NCBI GenBank assembly: GCA_964373055.1
Contig: CAYJTM010000002.1
Coordinates: 1-53,421 of the forward strand
DNA from: an uncultured Planctomycetia bacterium
Lineage (GTDB): Bacteria > Omnitrophota > Gorgyraeia > 1-14-0-20-64-10
DNA length: 53,421 bases
Reading direction: 5' to 3'
Shown here: one piece after another, positions 9,678-18,513 of the stretch
Layout: every line of letters starts with the position of its first letter
How positions within the stretch are numbered: the first letter of the stretch is position 1
Translations under genes and position numbers: made by a program
Notes under the pieces: model-generated
Seen by the model: only the letters and a program-made list of their open reading frames with translations
The model's database searches: none
What the model was told of the DNA's origin: nothing

Positions 9678-10395
9678 AATTAATTTTGTTACGGCGTTGC
9701 TGGCGGGGCTGGTCTCTTTTCTCTCTCCCTGCGTGCTGCCGCTGATCCCCGGCTACATCTCCTTCATCTCCGGGATCTCCTTCGCGGAGCTCCGGGGATC
9801 GGAGCTGGCCGCTGGCACCCGGCGCCGGGCTCTCTGGAGCAGTGTCTGGTTCGTGCTGGGCTTCACGGCGGTTTTCGTGGCGCTCGGAGCCACGGCCACC
9901 GCGGTGGGGTCGGTCCTTCTGCAGCGGCTCGCGCTTCTGCGCCAGGCGGGGGCCGTGGTGGTCGTGGTTTTGGGGATCCATCTGACCGGCTTGTTCCGGA
10001 TCCCGTTCCTCCAATTCGAGAAGAAGGTGGAGGTCCGCCAACGCCCCCTGACGGCGGTGGGGGCCGCCGTGGTGGGGGCGGCATTCGGTTTCGGCTGGAC
10101 CCCCTGCATCGGCCCCCTCTTGGCCGGGATCCTGGCTCTGGCCGCCGCGCAGGAGACTTTGGGGCAGGGGATGCTGCTGTTGACCGCCTATTCGCTCGGC
10201 TTAGGAATCCCCTTTTTGCTGACGGCCCTCAGCGTGGAGAGGTTTCTCCGGTTCTCCGTCCGTTTCAGGAAATATCTCCGGGCCGTGGAGATCGCCAGCG
10301 GCCTCTTGCTGATAGCGATCGGAATTCTGATGTTCACCGACCGGCTGGGTCTGCTGGCTCGCCACCTCACGTTCTTTAACCGTTTCGCACTTTAG
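9673..10395 (+). CDS. ccdA: cytochrome c biogenesis / thiol-disulfide transfer membrane protein (CcdA/DsbD family)
   Basis: LSPCVLPLIPGYISF motif and 6 TM helices. The ATG at 9673 is the ATG inside the repeat terminus CGCAATGAC. Confidence 0.9.
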   Translation: MTINFVTALLAGLVSFLSPCVLPLIPGYISFISGISFAELRGSELAAGTRRRALWSSVWFVLGFTAVFVALGATATAVGSVLLQRLALLRQAGAVVVVVLGIHLTGLFRIPFLQFEKKVEVRQRPLTAVGAAVVGAAFGFGWTPCIGPLLAGILALAAAQETLGQGMLLLTAYSLGLGIPFLLTALSVERFLRFSVRFRKYLRAVEIASGLLLIAIGILMFTDRLGLLARHLTFFNRFAL

Positions 10396-10407
10396 AGCGA
10401 GGAAAAG

Positions 10408-10905
10408 ATGAAGAAAATTTTCGCCGCGATCCTTTTGGTTGGTTTGGCCGCCACCGGGTGCACCGCGGCCCCGCAGCAGGGCTTGAGGCAGACGGCCCCC
10501 GATTTTAATCTGAAGACGTTGGACGGGAAAACCCTCCAGCTTTCCGCTTTGAAGGGGAAGGTGGTGCTGCTGGATTTCTGGGCGACCTGGTGCCCCCCTT
10601 GCCGGGAGGAAATTCCCCACTTCAAGGAACTGTACACCCAGTACCGCGGCAAAGGCCTGGAAATCATCGGAGTGGCGCTGGATGAAGGGGGTGAAAAGGA
10701 CGTGGCTCCCTTCGCGCGGCAGAATCAGATCAACTACCCCTTGTCCGCGACCGGGGCGCAGCAGCTGGCCCAGGCGTACGGCGGCATCCGAGGGATCCCC
10801 ACCACCTTCCTGATCGACAAGCAGGGGAAGATCGCCAAGAAGTACGTTGGCTACCAGGACAAGCAAGTGTTCGAGACGGAGATTCGAGCGCTGTTGGCTG
10901 AATAA
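10408..10905 (+). CDS. TlpA/ResA-family thioredoxin-like lipoprotein
   Basis: Lipobox LAATGC and a WATWCPPCREE active site. Confidence 0.9.
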   Translation: MKKIFAAILLVGLAATGCTAAPQQGLRQTAPDFNLKTLDGKTLQLSALKGKVVLLDFWATWCPPCREEIPHFKELYTQYRGKGLEIIGVALDEGGEKDVAPFARQNQINYPLSATGAQQLAQAYGGIRGIPTTFLIDKQGKIAKKYVGYQDKQVFETEIRALLAE

Positions 10906-10915
10906 AGTGACAAAC

Positions 10916-10987
10916 GTCATCTCGAGCCCGAAGGGCGAGAGATCTCGTTTTAAGGCGAGATTTCTCGGCCTGCGGCCTCGAAATGAC
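10916..10987. repeat. nested palindromic intergenic repeat, divergent copy B
   Basis: GTCATCTCGAG-[CCCGAAGGG]-GAGAGATCTCG-TTTTAAGG-CGAGATTTCTC-[GGCCTGCGGCC]-TCGAAATGAC. Same architecture as the other copies, with different box sequences. Confidence 0.7.
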
Positions 10988-11008
10988 GGTTTCTGAAATA
11001 GGCTCTAG

Positions 11009-11016
11009 TGTATAAT
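11009..11016 (+). promoter_or_regulatory. candidate extended -10 element (TGTATAAT) just upstream of gcvT
   Basis: TGTATAAT ends 9 nt before the ATG at 11026. No convincing -35 element was seen. Confidence 0.3.
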
Positions 11017-11025
11017 GATTTCCCC

Positions 11026-12213
11026 ATGTCGAGTGATGTCGCGTCTCCTGCCGAGACGGCCTTGAAGAAAACCCCTCTCTACCCTCAGCACGCGGAGCTG
11101 GGCGCCCGGTTCTGCTCCTTCGCGGGCTGGGAGCTTCCCATTTACTACACCTCCATCCTCAAAGAGCACGAGGCGGTCCGGACGAAGGCCGGCCTGTTCG
11201 ACGTTTCCCACCTGGGCCACCTGGAGGTCTCCGGCCCGGACGCGGCCGCCCAGCTGCAGCTCTTGGTCACGCAGGACCTGATCGGGCTGGAACCGGGGCA
11301 GGCCATCTACTCCCCGATGCTCAATTCCCGCGGCTGGATTATGGACGAGATGATCTTCTACCGCCTCGAACCGGGTCGCTTCCGACTCGTGGTGAACGCC
11401 GCCAACGGCGATAAGATCCTGAGTTGGCTCAAGAGCCGGCTGAAGGGTGGGGCCGCCGTGGAGGACCTGCGGGAGAAGGTAGGCACCGTGGCGCTGCAGG
11501 GACCCGCCGCGGCCGGGATTTTCGGGAAGGTTTCCTCCCTGGCGCTTAAGAGCGTCCCCCGCTACCACATTGTTTCCGCGACCGCCGCGGAGAAGCCGGT
11601 CTGGATCGCCCGCACCGGCTACACCGGCGAGGACGGCTGCGAGATCTTCGCCGCCGTTGAGGATTTGCCGGCCATCTGGAAAGGGCTTCTGCAGCAGGGC
11701 CAGCCGGAGGGGATTCAGCCGGCCGGGTTGGGGGCCCGGGACACGCTGCGCCTCGAGGCGGGGCTGCCGCTGGGCGGCTCCGACCTGGACGAGAAGAGCA
11801 CCCCGCTCGAGACCAATCTCGATTGGACCGTCGAGTGGAGGAAGGGCCCCTTCATGGGACGGGAGGCGCTGGAGCGGCAGCGCAGGGAAGGGATCACCCG
11901 AAAACTGGCCGGTTTTGAGATGAAGGGGGCCGGCATCCCGCGGCCCGGCTGCGCTATCTTCCAGGGAGAAACACAAGTGGGACAGGTCACTAGCGGGACC
12001 ACGGTACCTCAATCGGTACCAGGTACCAATCAAGAAGAATCGGTACCTGGTACCGTACGAGGAGAACCGGTACCAGGTACCGTGAGAGGAATCGGCATGG
12101 GCTACGTGCCGCCGCAGGCGGCCAAGCCGGGGACGCGGATCGCCATCGAGATCCATAACAGGAAAGTGGACGCGGAAATCGTCAAGCTTCCTTTCTACAG
12201 GAGAAAGAAATGA
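11026..12213 (+). CDS. gcvT: glycine cleavage system aminomethyltransferase (T protein)
   Basis: KKTPLYPQH...AGWELPIYY...LFDVSHLG... and a C-terminal GQVTSGT...IGMGYV. GTG at 11008 is an alternative start. Confidence 0.95.
   Translation: MSSDVASPAETALKKTPLYPQHAELGARFCSFAGWELPIYYTSILKEHEAVRTKAGLFDVSHLGHLEVSGPDAAAQLQLLVTQDLIGLEPGQAIYSPMLNSRGWIMDEMIFYRLEPGRFRLVVNAANGDKILSWLKSRLKGGAAVEDLREKVGTVALQGPAAAGIFGKVSSLALKSVPRYHIVSATAAEKPVWIARTGYTGEDGCEIFAAVEDLPAIWKGLLQQGQPEGIQPAGLGARDTLRLEAGLPLGGSDLDEKSTPLETNLDWTVEWRKGPFMGREALERQRREGITRKLAGFEMKGAGIPRPGCAIFQGETQVGQVTSGTTVPQSVPGTNQEESVPGTVRGEPVPGTVRGIGMGYVPPQAAKPGTRIAIEIHNRKVDAEIVKLPFYRRKK
12001..12093 (+). repeat. in-frame 27-bp tandem repeat (3 units plus a partial unit) inside gcvT, carrying seven GGTACC sites
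   Basis: Units at 12013-12039, 12040-12066 and 12067-12093 each contain CGGTACC(A/T)GGTACC. They encode SVPGTNQEE / SVPGTVRGE / PVPGTVRGI. Confidence 0.85.
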
Positions 12214-12581
12214 GGTTCAGCAAGACGCACGAGTGGCTTTCTTTGGATTCCGATCGGGCGACCGTCGGCATCACGCAGCACGCGCAGGAGGAAATCTCCG
12301 ACGTGGTCTTTGTCGAGCTGCCCAAGGTGGGCAAGAGCGTCGCGCAGGGGGAGGAGATCGCCGTGGTGGAGTCGGTCAAGGCGGCCTTCTCCATCTACGC
12401 CCCGATCTCCGGCACGGTGACCGAGGTCAATGAGGCGCTGGCGAAGGACCCCGGGCTCATCAACCGTTCCCCCACCGAGGGCGGCTGGATCGCCCGGCTT
12501 AAGCCCAAGAGCCCCGCCGAGGCGGGCGGCCTCATGGATCAGAAACAATACGACGAGTGGGTCAAAGGCGGCGGGCATTGA
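12210..12581 (+). CDS. gcvH: glycine cleavage system H protein
   Basis: Lipoyl-lysine motif VESVKAA. 4-nt overlap with gcvT. Confidence 0.95.
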   Translation: MRFSKTHEWLSLDSDRATVGITQHAQEEISDVVFVELPKVGKSVAQGEEIAVVESVKAAFSIYAPISGTVTEVNEALAKDPGLINRSPTEGGWIARLKPKSPAEAGGLMDQKQYDEWVKGGGH

Positions 12582-13918
12582 ATTTCGTTCCAATCACTGA
12601 GAACGATCGCAAGGTGATGCTCCGCGCCATCGGCGTCGGCTCGTTCGAGGAGCTGATCCAGAGCGTCCCGAAGCTCATCCCCCGCGCCAAACTGAATCTC
12701 CCCGCCGCCCTCTCCGAACCGGAGTTGCTGCGCCACTGCGGCGAGCTGGCCGCGCTCAACCAGGCGCCGGAGCCGGAGCGCTGTTTCCTGGGGGCGGGCG
12801 CCTATTCCCATTGGACTCCCAGCGTGGTTCGCTACATCACCTCCCGAGGCGAGTTCCTGACCGCTTACACCCCTTACCAGGCCGAGGCCTCCCAGGGAAC
12901 CCTGCAGGCGATGTACGAGTTCCAGAGCTTGCTGTGCGAGCTGACCGGCATGGATGTGGCCAACGCTTCCCTCTACGAGGGGGCGAGCGCGCTCGCGGAG
13001 GCCTGCCTGCTCGCGGCCCGGGAGACCGGCCGCTCCCGCGTGGTGGTCGCGCAGAGCCTCCATCCGGAATACCGGCAGACGGTCCAGACCTACTTGAAGC
13101 AATCCGGGATCCGGGTTGTGCTGTTGGAGGCCCGCCACGGGGCCGTGGACCCGCAGGCCGCGGCCGCCCAGGTGGATTCCGGCACGGCGGCGCTGGTCGT
13201 GCAGATGCCCAACGCCTTCGGCTGCCTGGAATCTGTCGAGGAACTTTCCGCCCTCGCCCACCGCCGCGGCGCCCTCTTCATCTCCGTGATCAATCCCATC
13301 TCTCTGGGGATCCTGCGGCCTCCCGGGTCCTACGGGGCCGACATCGCCGTCGGGGAAGGGCAGCCCCTCGGGACCGACCTGAACTACGGCGGTCCTTACC
13401 TGGGGCTGTTCGCCTGCCGCAAGGAGCTCCTCCGCAAGGTCCCCGGCCGGATCGTCGGCATGACCAAGGACGCGCACGGCCGCCGCGGGTTCACGCTGAC
13501 GCTGCAGACGAGGGAACAGCATATCCGCCGGGCCAAGGCCACCTCCAACATCTGCACCAACGAAGCGATGATGGCGCTGGGAGCGGCCGTTTATTTGAGC
13601 TCAATGGGGAAAGAGGGGTTCCGGGAGCTGGCGCTGCAGAACCTCCAAAAGGCCCATTATTGCCGCGACCGGCTCACCGAGATCCCCGGCGTTCGCCAGA
13701 TCTTCCCGGGATCTTTCTTCAACGAATTCGCGCTGGAGATGCCGGTGGATCCGGAGCGCGTGAACCGAAACCTGTTGAAGGAAGGGATCGTCGGCGGGTT
13801 CCCGCTCAAGCGGTGGGATCGCAATCTCACGAACGGCTGGCTGCTCTGCGTCACCGAGATCCACAGTAAGGCCGCCATGGACCGGTTTGTCCAGGTGGTC
13901 CAGAGGTCCCTGAAATGA
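12557..13918 (+). CDS. gcvPA: glycine dehydrogenase (decarboxylating) subunit 1
   Basis: FVPITENDRKVMLRAIGV..., TAYTPYQAE...QG. TTG at 12578, overlapping the gcvH stop, is an alternative start. Confidence 0.95.
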   Translation: MGQRRRALNFVPITENDRKVMLRAIGVGSFEELIQSVPKLIPRAKLNLPAALSEPELLRHCGELAALNQAPEPERCFLGAGAYSHWTPSVVRYITSRGEFLTAYTPYQAEASQGTLQAMYEFQSLLCELTGMDVANASLYEGASALAEACLLAARETGRSRVVVAQSLHPEYRQTVQTYLKQSGIRVVLLEARHGAVDPQAAAAQVDSGTAALVVQMPNAFGCLESVEELSALAHRRGALFISVINPISLGILRPPGSYGADIAVGEGQPLGTDLNYGGPYLGLFACRKELLRKVPGRIVGMTKDAHGRRGFTLTLQTREQHIRRAKATSNICTNEAMMALGAAVYLSSMGKEGFRELALQNLQKAHYCRDRLTEIPGVRQIFPGSFFNEFALEMPVDPERVNRNLLKEGIVGGFPLKRWDRNLTNGWLLCVTEIHSKAAMDRFVQVVQRSLK

Positions 13919-15423
13919 CCCCACAGACGATGATCAAGGAGTCGGTTGAGCCGTCGAAGACCCCCCATTCCCCCGGCCGGCTGCTGGAGCCCCTGCTCAA
14001 AGAGCTCAGCGAACCGGGCCGGCGCGCCTTCACGCTGCCGCCGCTGGACGTGCCCAAGCAAAAACCGGAGAACCTGTTGCCCCCTTCCTTGATACGCAAG
14101 GATCCGGCGGATCTTCCGGAGCTCTCCGAGCGGGATCTGGTGAAACATTTCATGCGGCTGGCCCACCTGAACTTCTCCGGCGAAACCAATTTCTACCCGC
14201 TCGGCTCCTGCACGATGAAGTACAACCCGAAGATCAATGAGGAGATCGCCGCTCTGCCCGGTTTCGCCAAGCTGCACCCGTACTCCTCTGAGGAGAGCAG
14301 CCAGGGGATCCTGAAGCTCCTGTTCGAGACGGAGCGGCTGTTCCGGGAGATCCTCGGCATGGACGCGGTGACGCTGCAGCCGGCGGCCGGCGCCCAGGGG
14401 GAGCTGACCGCGCTGCTCATGGCGGCTGCGTTCCACGAGGCGAAGGCCAAGCCCCGCCGCAAGGTGGTGGTCCCCGATTCGGCGCACGGCACCAACCCGG
14501 CCAGCGCCGCCATCGCCGGTTTCGAGGTGGTGGAGGTTAAATCCAATTCTCGCGGAAGAGTCTCCCTTTCCGCTTTGGCGGCCGCCATTGACGAGGATGT
14601 GGCCCTCTTCATGATGACCAACCCCAACACGCTGGGCCTCTTCGAAGAGGAGGTCCTGGAGGTGACGGCCCTCGTCCATGAGAAGGGGGCCCTCATGTAC
14701 CTCGACGGCGCCAACATGAACGCGCTGCTGGGGCTGCTGCGCCCCGGAGACATGGGCTTCGACATGGTCCACGTGAACATCCACAAGACCTTCTCGATCC
14801 CGCACGGCAGCGGCGGCCCGGGCGGCGGCCCGGTCGGCATCAAGGCGGCCCTAAAGCCGTTCCTGCCGGGACCGATTGTCGTCGAAAAAGAGGGCGCCTA
14901 CCGCCAGGAATCGCCCGGCCCCCTCTCGATCGGCCGGGTCCGATCCTTCACGGGCAACGTCGGGGCGACGGTCCGCGCCTACGCTTACATCCGTTCGCTC
15001 GGGGCGGAGGGCCTCAAGCGGATCTCCGAGGGGGCGATCCTGAACGCCAATTACCTCAAGGCGCTGCTCAAGGACGTCCTGCCGATGGCGGTGGATGAGC
15101 ACTGCATGCACGAGTTCATCGCGACGGCCAAAGAGCTCAAGCAACGCCACGGCATCAAGGCGATGGACATCGCCAAGCGCCTGCTCGATTACGGTTTCTA
15201 CGCGCCGACGATCTGCTTCCCGCTGATCGTGGAGGAGGCCTTGATGGTGGAGCCCTCCGAGACGGAATCCCGGCAGACGCTGGAGCAGTTCGCCGAGGCG
15301 CTCAAGGCGATCGTTCGGGAAGCCAAGGAGATCCCAAGCCGGGTGCAGAGGGCGCCGCACCGGATGCCGGTGGCCCGGCTGGACGAGGTCCAGGCGGCGC
15401 GCGAACCGAACCTGCGGTGGTGA
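13915..15423 (+). CDS. gcvPB: glycine dehydrogenase (decarboxylating) subunit 2
   Basis: PLGSCTMKYNP..., the PLP-lysine region NIHKTFSIPHGGGGPG, and a 4-nt overlap with gcvPA. Confidence 0.95.
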   Translation: MTPQTMIKESVEPSKTPHSPGRLLEPLLKELSEPGRRAFTLPPLDVPKQKPENLLPPSLIRKDPADLPELSERDLVKHFMRLAHLNFSGETNFYPLGSCTMKYNPKINEEIAALPGFAKLHPYSSEESSQGILKLLFETERLFREILGMDAVTLQPAAGAQGELTALLMAAAFHEAKAKPRRKVVVPDSAHGTNPASAAIAGFEVVEVKSNSRGRVSLSALAAAIDEDVALFMMTNPNTLGLFEEEVLEVTALVHEKGALMYLDGANMNALLGLLRPGDMGFDMVHVNIHKTFSIPHGSGGPGGGPVGIKAALKPFLPGPIVVEKEGAYRQESPGPLSIGRVRSFTGNVGATVRAYAYIRSLGAEGLKRISEGAILNANYLKALLKDVLPMAVDEHCMHEFIATAKELKQRHGIKAMDIAKRLLDYGFYAPTICFPLIVEEALMVEPSETESRQTLEQFAEALKAIVREAKEIPSRVQRAPHRMPVARLDEVQAAREPNLRW

Positions 15424-16154
15424 CGGGGTCCGCTCCCTCCGCCATCGAGGCGCAAAACCTCTCCAAGCATTTTACCTGCTCGGTCGGTTGGCTCAAGCGC
15501 AAGGCCCTCTGGGCGCTCCGTGAGGTCTCCTTCTCCGTGGCGCCCGGCGAGGCGTTCGGCCTGATGGGTCCCAATGGTTCGGGCAAGTCCACGCTGCTGA
15601 GGATACTCAAGGCCTTTTTCCTGCCCACAGCCGGACGGGCCTGGGTCTTCGGGACTCCCACCTCCGATGAGGGCCGGATCAAGCCGCTGATCGGCGTGGT
15701 CCCGTCCTCCTCCCTTGGGTTCGCCGGACGGCTCAACGCGTTCCAGAACCTGGAATTTTACGCCGTTCTTCAGGATGTTCCGCCGGGACAACTGCGGGCC
15801 CGCGTGCAGGGCCTGCTGGATCTGGTCGGCCTTTCCGAGTTGGGCGGTCAGCCGGTGTGGACCTATTCGACGGGCCAACGCCAACGACTGGGCATCGCCC
15901 GAGCACTTTTGGCGGATCCTCCGGTTCTTCTTTTCGACGAACCCACCCGCGGCCTGGACCCCTGGAAAGCCAGAGAAATCCGGAAATGGATTCGCGAAGA
16001 GCTTCTTATCCGAAAAAAAAAGACGTTGCTGGTGGCTACCAACCAGACAGAGGATGTCCGGCAGCTCTGCGACCGGGCCGGCATCCTCGAGCACGGTCGC
16101 CTGGTCTGGCAGGGGACCGCGGCGGAGGCGGAATTTGCGCGCTCTCCGGGCTAG
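15417..16154 (+). CDS. ABC transporter ATP-binding protein (ABC-2 exporter type)
   Basis: Walker A GPNGSGKST, signature YSTGQRQR, Walker B LLFDEPTRGLD. Overlaps the gcvPB stop by 7 nt. Confidence 0.9.
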   Translation: MVTGSAPSAIEAQNLSKHFTCSVGWLKRKALWALREVSFSVAPGEAFGLMGPNGSGKSTLLRILKAFFLPTAGRAWVFGTPTSDEGRIKPLIGVVPSSSLGFAGRLNAFQNLEFYAVLQDVPPGQLRARVQGLLDLVGLSELGGQPVWTYSTGQRQRLGIARALLADPPVLLFDEPTRGLDPWKAREIRKWIREELLIRKKKTLLVATNQTEDVRQLCDRAGILEHGRLVWQGTAAEAEFARSPG

Positions 16155-16965
16155 GCTCCTCGGTGAGGCCAGGGTTGCCGTGGCCTTCATGAAGCGGGAA
16201 TTGCTGGGCACCGGCCCGTGGAATTACGGCTTGGAGTCCTTGAATGGTTTGGTTGGCCTGTTTCTCCTGCAGTTCTTCGCCCGGTCCTTCCACGGGGCCG
16301 TGGGCGCCTTCTCCCAGGGAATGGATTATTTCACCTTCGGGCTCATCGGGTTGGTGCTGGCCCAGTCCATGCTGCGCGGGCTCTCGATGTTTTCCGAGAG
16401 GATGAGATTCCTTATGCTCTCCGGCACTCTGGAGAGCATCTGGGTGACCCGGCGTTCTTTTCCGGTTTTGCTGCTGTACGATAGTCTCTGGAGCGTCCTT
16501 TTTTGGAGCTTCAACGGGGTTTTGCTCCTGATCTTCGGCGCCGGCGTGCTGGGAGCCCATCTCAACGCCTCGCAGATCGCCGCGGTTTGGGGGATTGGCC
16601 TGATCACCTTCTTGTCCATGGGCTCGCTGGGGCTGCTCTCCGCGGCCACTCTTATTGTGTTGGGTCACAAGGCCGTCCGGCTGTGGGCTCCGGTAGGTCC
16701 CGCGATCCTCTTGATCAGCGGCAGTTTCTTCACGGCAAGCGTTTTCCCCTCATGGATGCAGGGGGTCATCGGATGGATCCCCTTGACCCATGCCCTGAAG
16801 CTGGCCCGCGGAACGGTCCTGCCCTTGGACCCGGGCGCCGCCGCCCGGGCCTGGGGCGCCCTGATCGGGCAGGGGATCCTGCTGGCGCTGCTGGGTTGGG
16901 CGGCGCTCCGCTGGGCCGTGCGCCGGGCCCGGTCCGACGGCCGGTGGGCCGCCGTTGCGTTTTGA
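16135..16965 (+). CDS. ABC-2 family transporter permease
   Basis: Six predicted TM helices. TTG at 16135 or ATG at 16189 could be the start. The upstream part of ORF 15715..16965 overlaps the ATPase and is rejected. Confidence 0.75.
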   Translation: MRALRARLLGEARVAVAFMKRELLGTGPWNYGLESLNGLVGLFLLQFFARSFHGAVGAFSQGMDYFTFGLIGLVLAQSMLRGLSMFSERMRFLMLSGTLESIWVTRRSFPVLLLYDSLWSVLFWSFNGVLLLIFGAGVLGAHLNASQIAAVWGIGLITFLSMGSLGLLSAATLIVLGHKAVRLWAPVGPAILLISGSFFTASVFPSWMQGVIGWIPLTHALKLARGTVLPLDPGAAARAWGALIGQGILLALLGWAALRWAVRRARSDGRWAAVAF

Positions 16966-16973
16966 GAGCTCTC

Positions 16974-17603
16974 ATGAGGTCCTGGCGCCTGATTATTGAC
17001 CCGCCGGGCGATCCGGCGGGGAACATGGCAGCCGACGAGGGGATTGCCCGCTTGGCTGTTGAAGAGGCCCGCCCGATCCTCCGGATTTACCGCTGGGACC
17101 GTTCGGCTGTCTCTCTGGGCCGGCGGCAGAAGAGGGAAGAGCTTTCCCTCTCAGTGATGGAAAACCGGCTGCCGGTGGTTTGGCGTCTGACCGGCGGGGG
17201 AGCGGTGTTTCATCGCCCGGATGAATTGACCTACGCCTTTTCAGCTTCCCGGAGCTTGCTTCCTCCCGGTATCCCTTTAAGGGAGATTGCCTGCTTCCTG
17301 CATCGGCGATTGCGGGAGACGGCTGTTGCCCGGGGATGGGTGAACGGGGCGGATCTTTCGCTTGCCGGGGCCGATCCGGCCGGACCGGCGCCGTTCTGTT
17401 TCTCAGCGCCGGCCCGCGGCGATCTCATCTACCAGGGCAGGAAGGTAGCCGGTTCCGCTCTCCGGGTATGGAACGATAGGATCCTGCTCCAGGGTTACCT
17501 TCAAGGGTTGCCCCTCCGGTATGACCAGGCGCTTGAGGTGTTCGTGCTGGCCGCGGAAAGAGGTTTCAGGCATGAAGAAGCTTTACAGCTATCACATTCA
17601 TAA
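16974..17603 (+). CDS. lipoate-protein ligase family protein (BPL_LplA_LipB domain)
   Basis: NMAADEGIA...LRIYRW...AVSLGRRQ...RLTGGGAVFH..ELTY...GRKVAGSA. Sits downstream of the lipoyl-dependent gcv genes. Confidence 0.85.
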   Translation: MRSWRLIIDPPGDPAGNMAADEGIARLAVEEARPILRIYRWDRSAVSLGRRQKREELSLSVMENRLPVVWRLTGGGAVFHRPDELTYAFSASRSLLPPGIPLREIACFLHRRLRETAVARGWVNGADLSLAGADPAGPAPFCFSAPARGDLIYQGRKVAGSALRVWNDRILLQGYLQGLPLRYDQALEVFVLAAERGFRHEEALQLSHS

Positions 17604-18513
17604 CACCTTGTTCCAAAGTGAGTTTTCCATTCCGGCTTTGGCCGGTGCTTCGGTTGCTGGAGGGAATGCCCGGCAACGCGTCCGGTTCCGGGAAAGAAGG
17701 TTCCGGGTCGAGGCGCCGCGTCACGGATGGTTGCGTGTGCGGGGGCTTTTCTACTGGGCCCCTCCCCGCGGCCGGTTTGCCGTTCTCCGGTCCCCTTTCA
17801 TCGGCGATTTCAAAGTCAGCTTCTCGGAGAGGACCATTGATTGGAACCCGTCCCGGCAGAACTCCCGGCAACTGGCTTGCGTGATCGCGAGCGGGCGGGC
17901 TCTCAGTCTTCTTCTCCCTCACCTCAAACCCTGTCTTGTGTTGCACGCCGTGGGGCTCCAGCTCCGCCGAAAGGCGGTCCTGTTCGTCGCGCCAAGCGGC
18001 GGCGGGAAATCCACCTTGGCGGCGAGTTTTCTCAACGAAGGCCATCCGCTCGTTTGCGAGGACATCGCGGTCATCCGCAAGGGAAGGAACGGTTTCCTCT
18101 TGGAACCGGGAGTGCCCCAAATCCGGCTCTGGCCGCGGGCGGCCAGAAGGTTGTCTAAGCTCAGGAAGGGGAATCGTCTCTATCCCGAGACGGTCAAAGA
18201 GTTCTTCCTTCTGGATCGCCAGGGCTCGTGGCGGTTCAGGGCGTCGGCGGCGCCGGTGGCGGCGGTCTATTTCCTCTCCCGGAGCATGAAGAGGGAGGTC
18301 CGGATCGATCCGCTTAAACCCAAAGAGGCCCTCTTTCATTGCATGGATCACCGCCATTCCCCGCTTTCCCAAGGTTCCCGGATAGACGGCCGGCAGTTCG
18401 CGATTGCAAGCGAGCTGGTCCAGAACGTCCGGGTGAAGCGCTTGGTCTATCCCTCCGGTTTCGCCCGCCTTCCCGACGTCCGCCGGGCGGTTCTGGCCGA
18501 TTTGGATGCTTAG
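17572..18513 (+). CDS. HPr-kinase-related (HprK-like) P-loop kinase, lasso-peptide tailoring type
   Basis: P-loop FVAPSGGGKSTLAASF. Position at the head of the lasso cluster. Overlaps the upstream gene by 32 nt. Confidence 0.8.
   Translation: MKKLYSYHIHNTLFQSEFSIPALAGASVAGGNARQRVRFRERRFRVEAPRHGWLRVRGLFYWAPPRGRFAVLRSPFIGDFKVSFSERTIDWNPSRQNSRQLACVIASGRALSLLLPHLKPCLVLHAVGLQLRRKAVLFVAPSGGGKSTLAASFLNEGHPLVCEDIAVIRKGRNGFLLEPGVPQIRLWPRAARRLSKLRKGNRLYPETVKEFFLLDRQGSWRFRASAAPVAAVYFLSRSMKREVRIDPLKPKEALFHCMDHRHSPLSQGSRIDGRQFAIASELVQNVRVKRLVYPSGFARLPDVRRAVLADLDA

Noticed and set aside
12001-12093. Considered whether the GGTACC-rich periodic tract is a small CRISPR array.
   Set aside because: The period is only 27 bp with no unique spacers. 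The tract is in-frame inside gcvT, and no cas genes are present. No CRISPR array occurs anywhere in the window.
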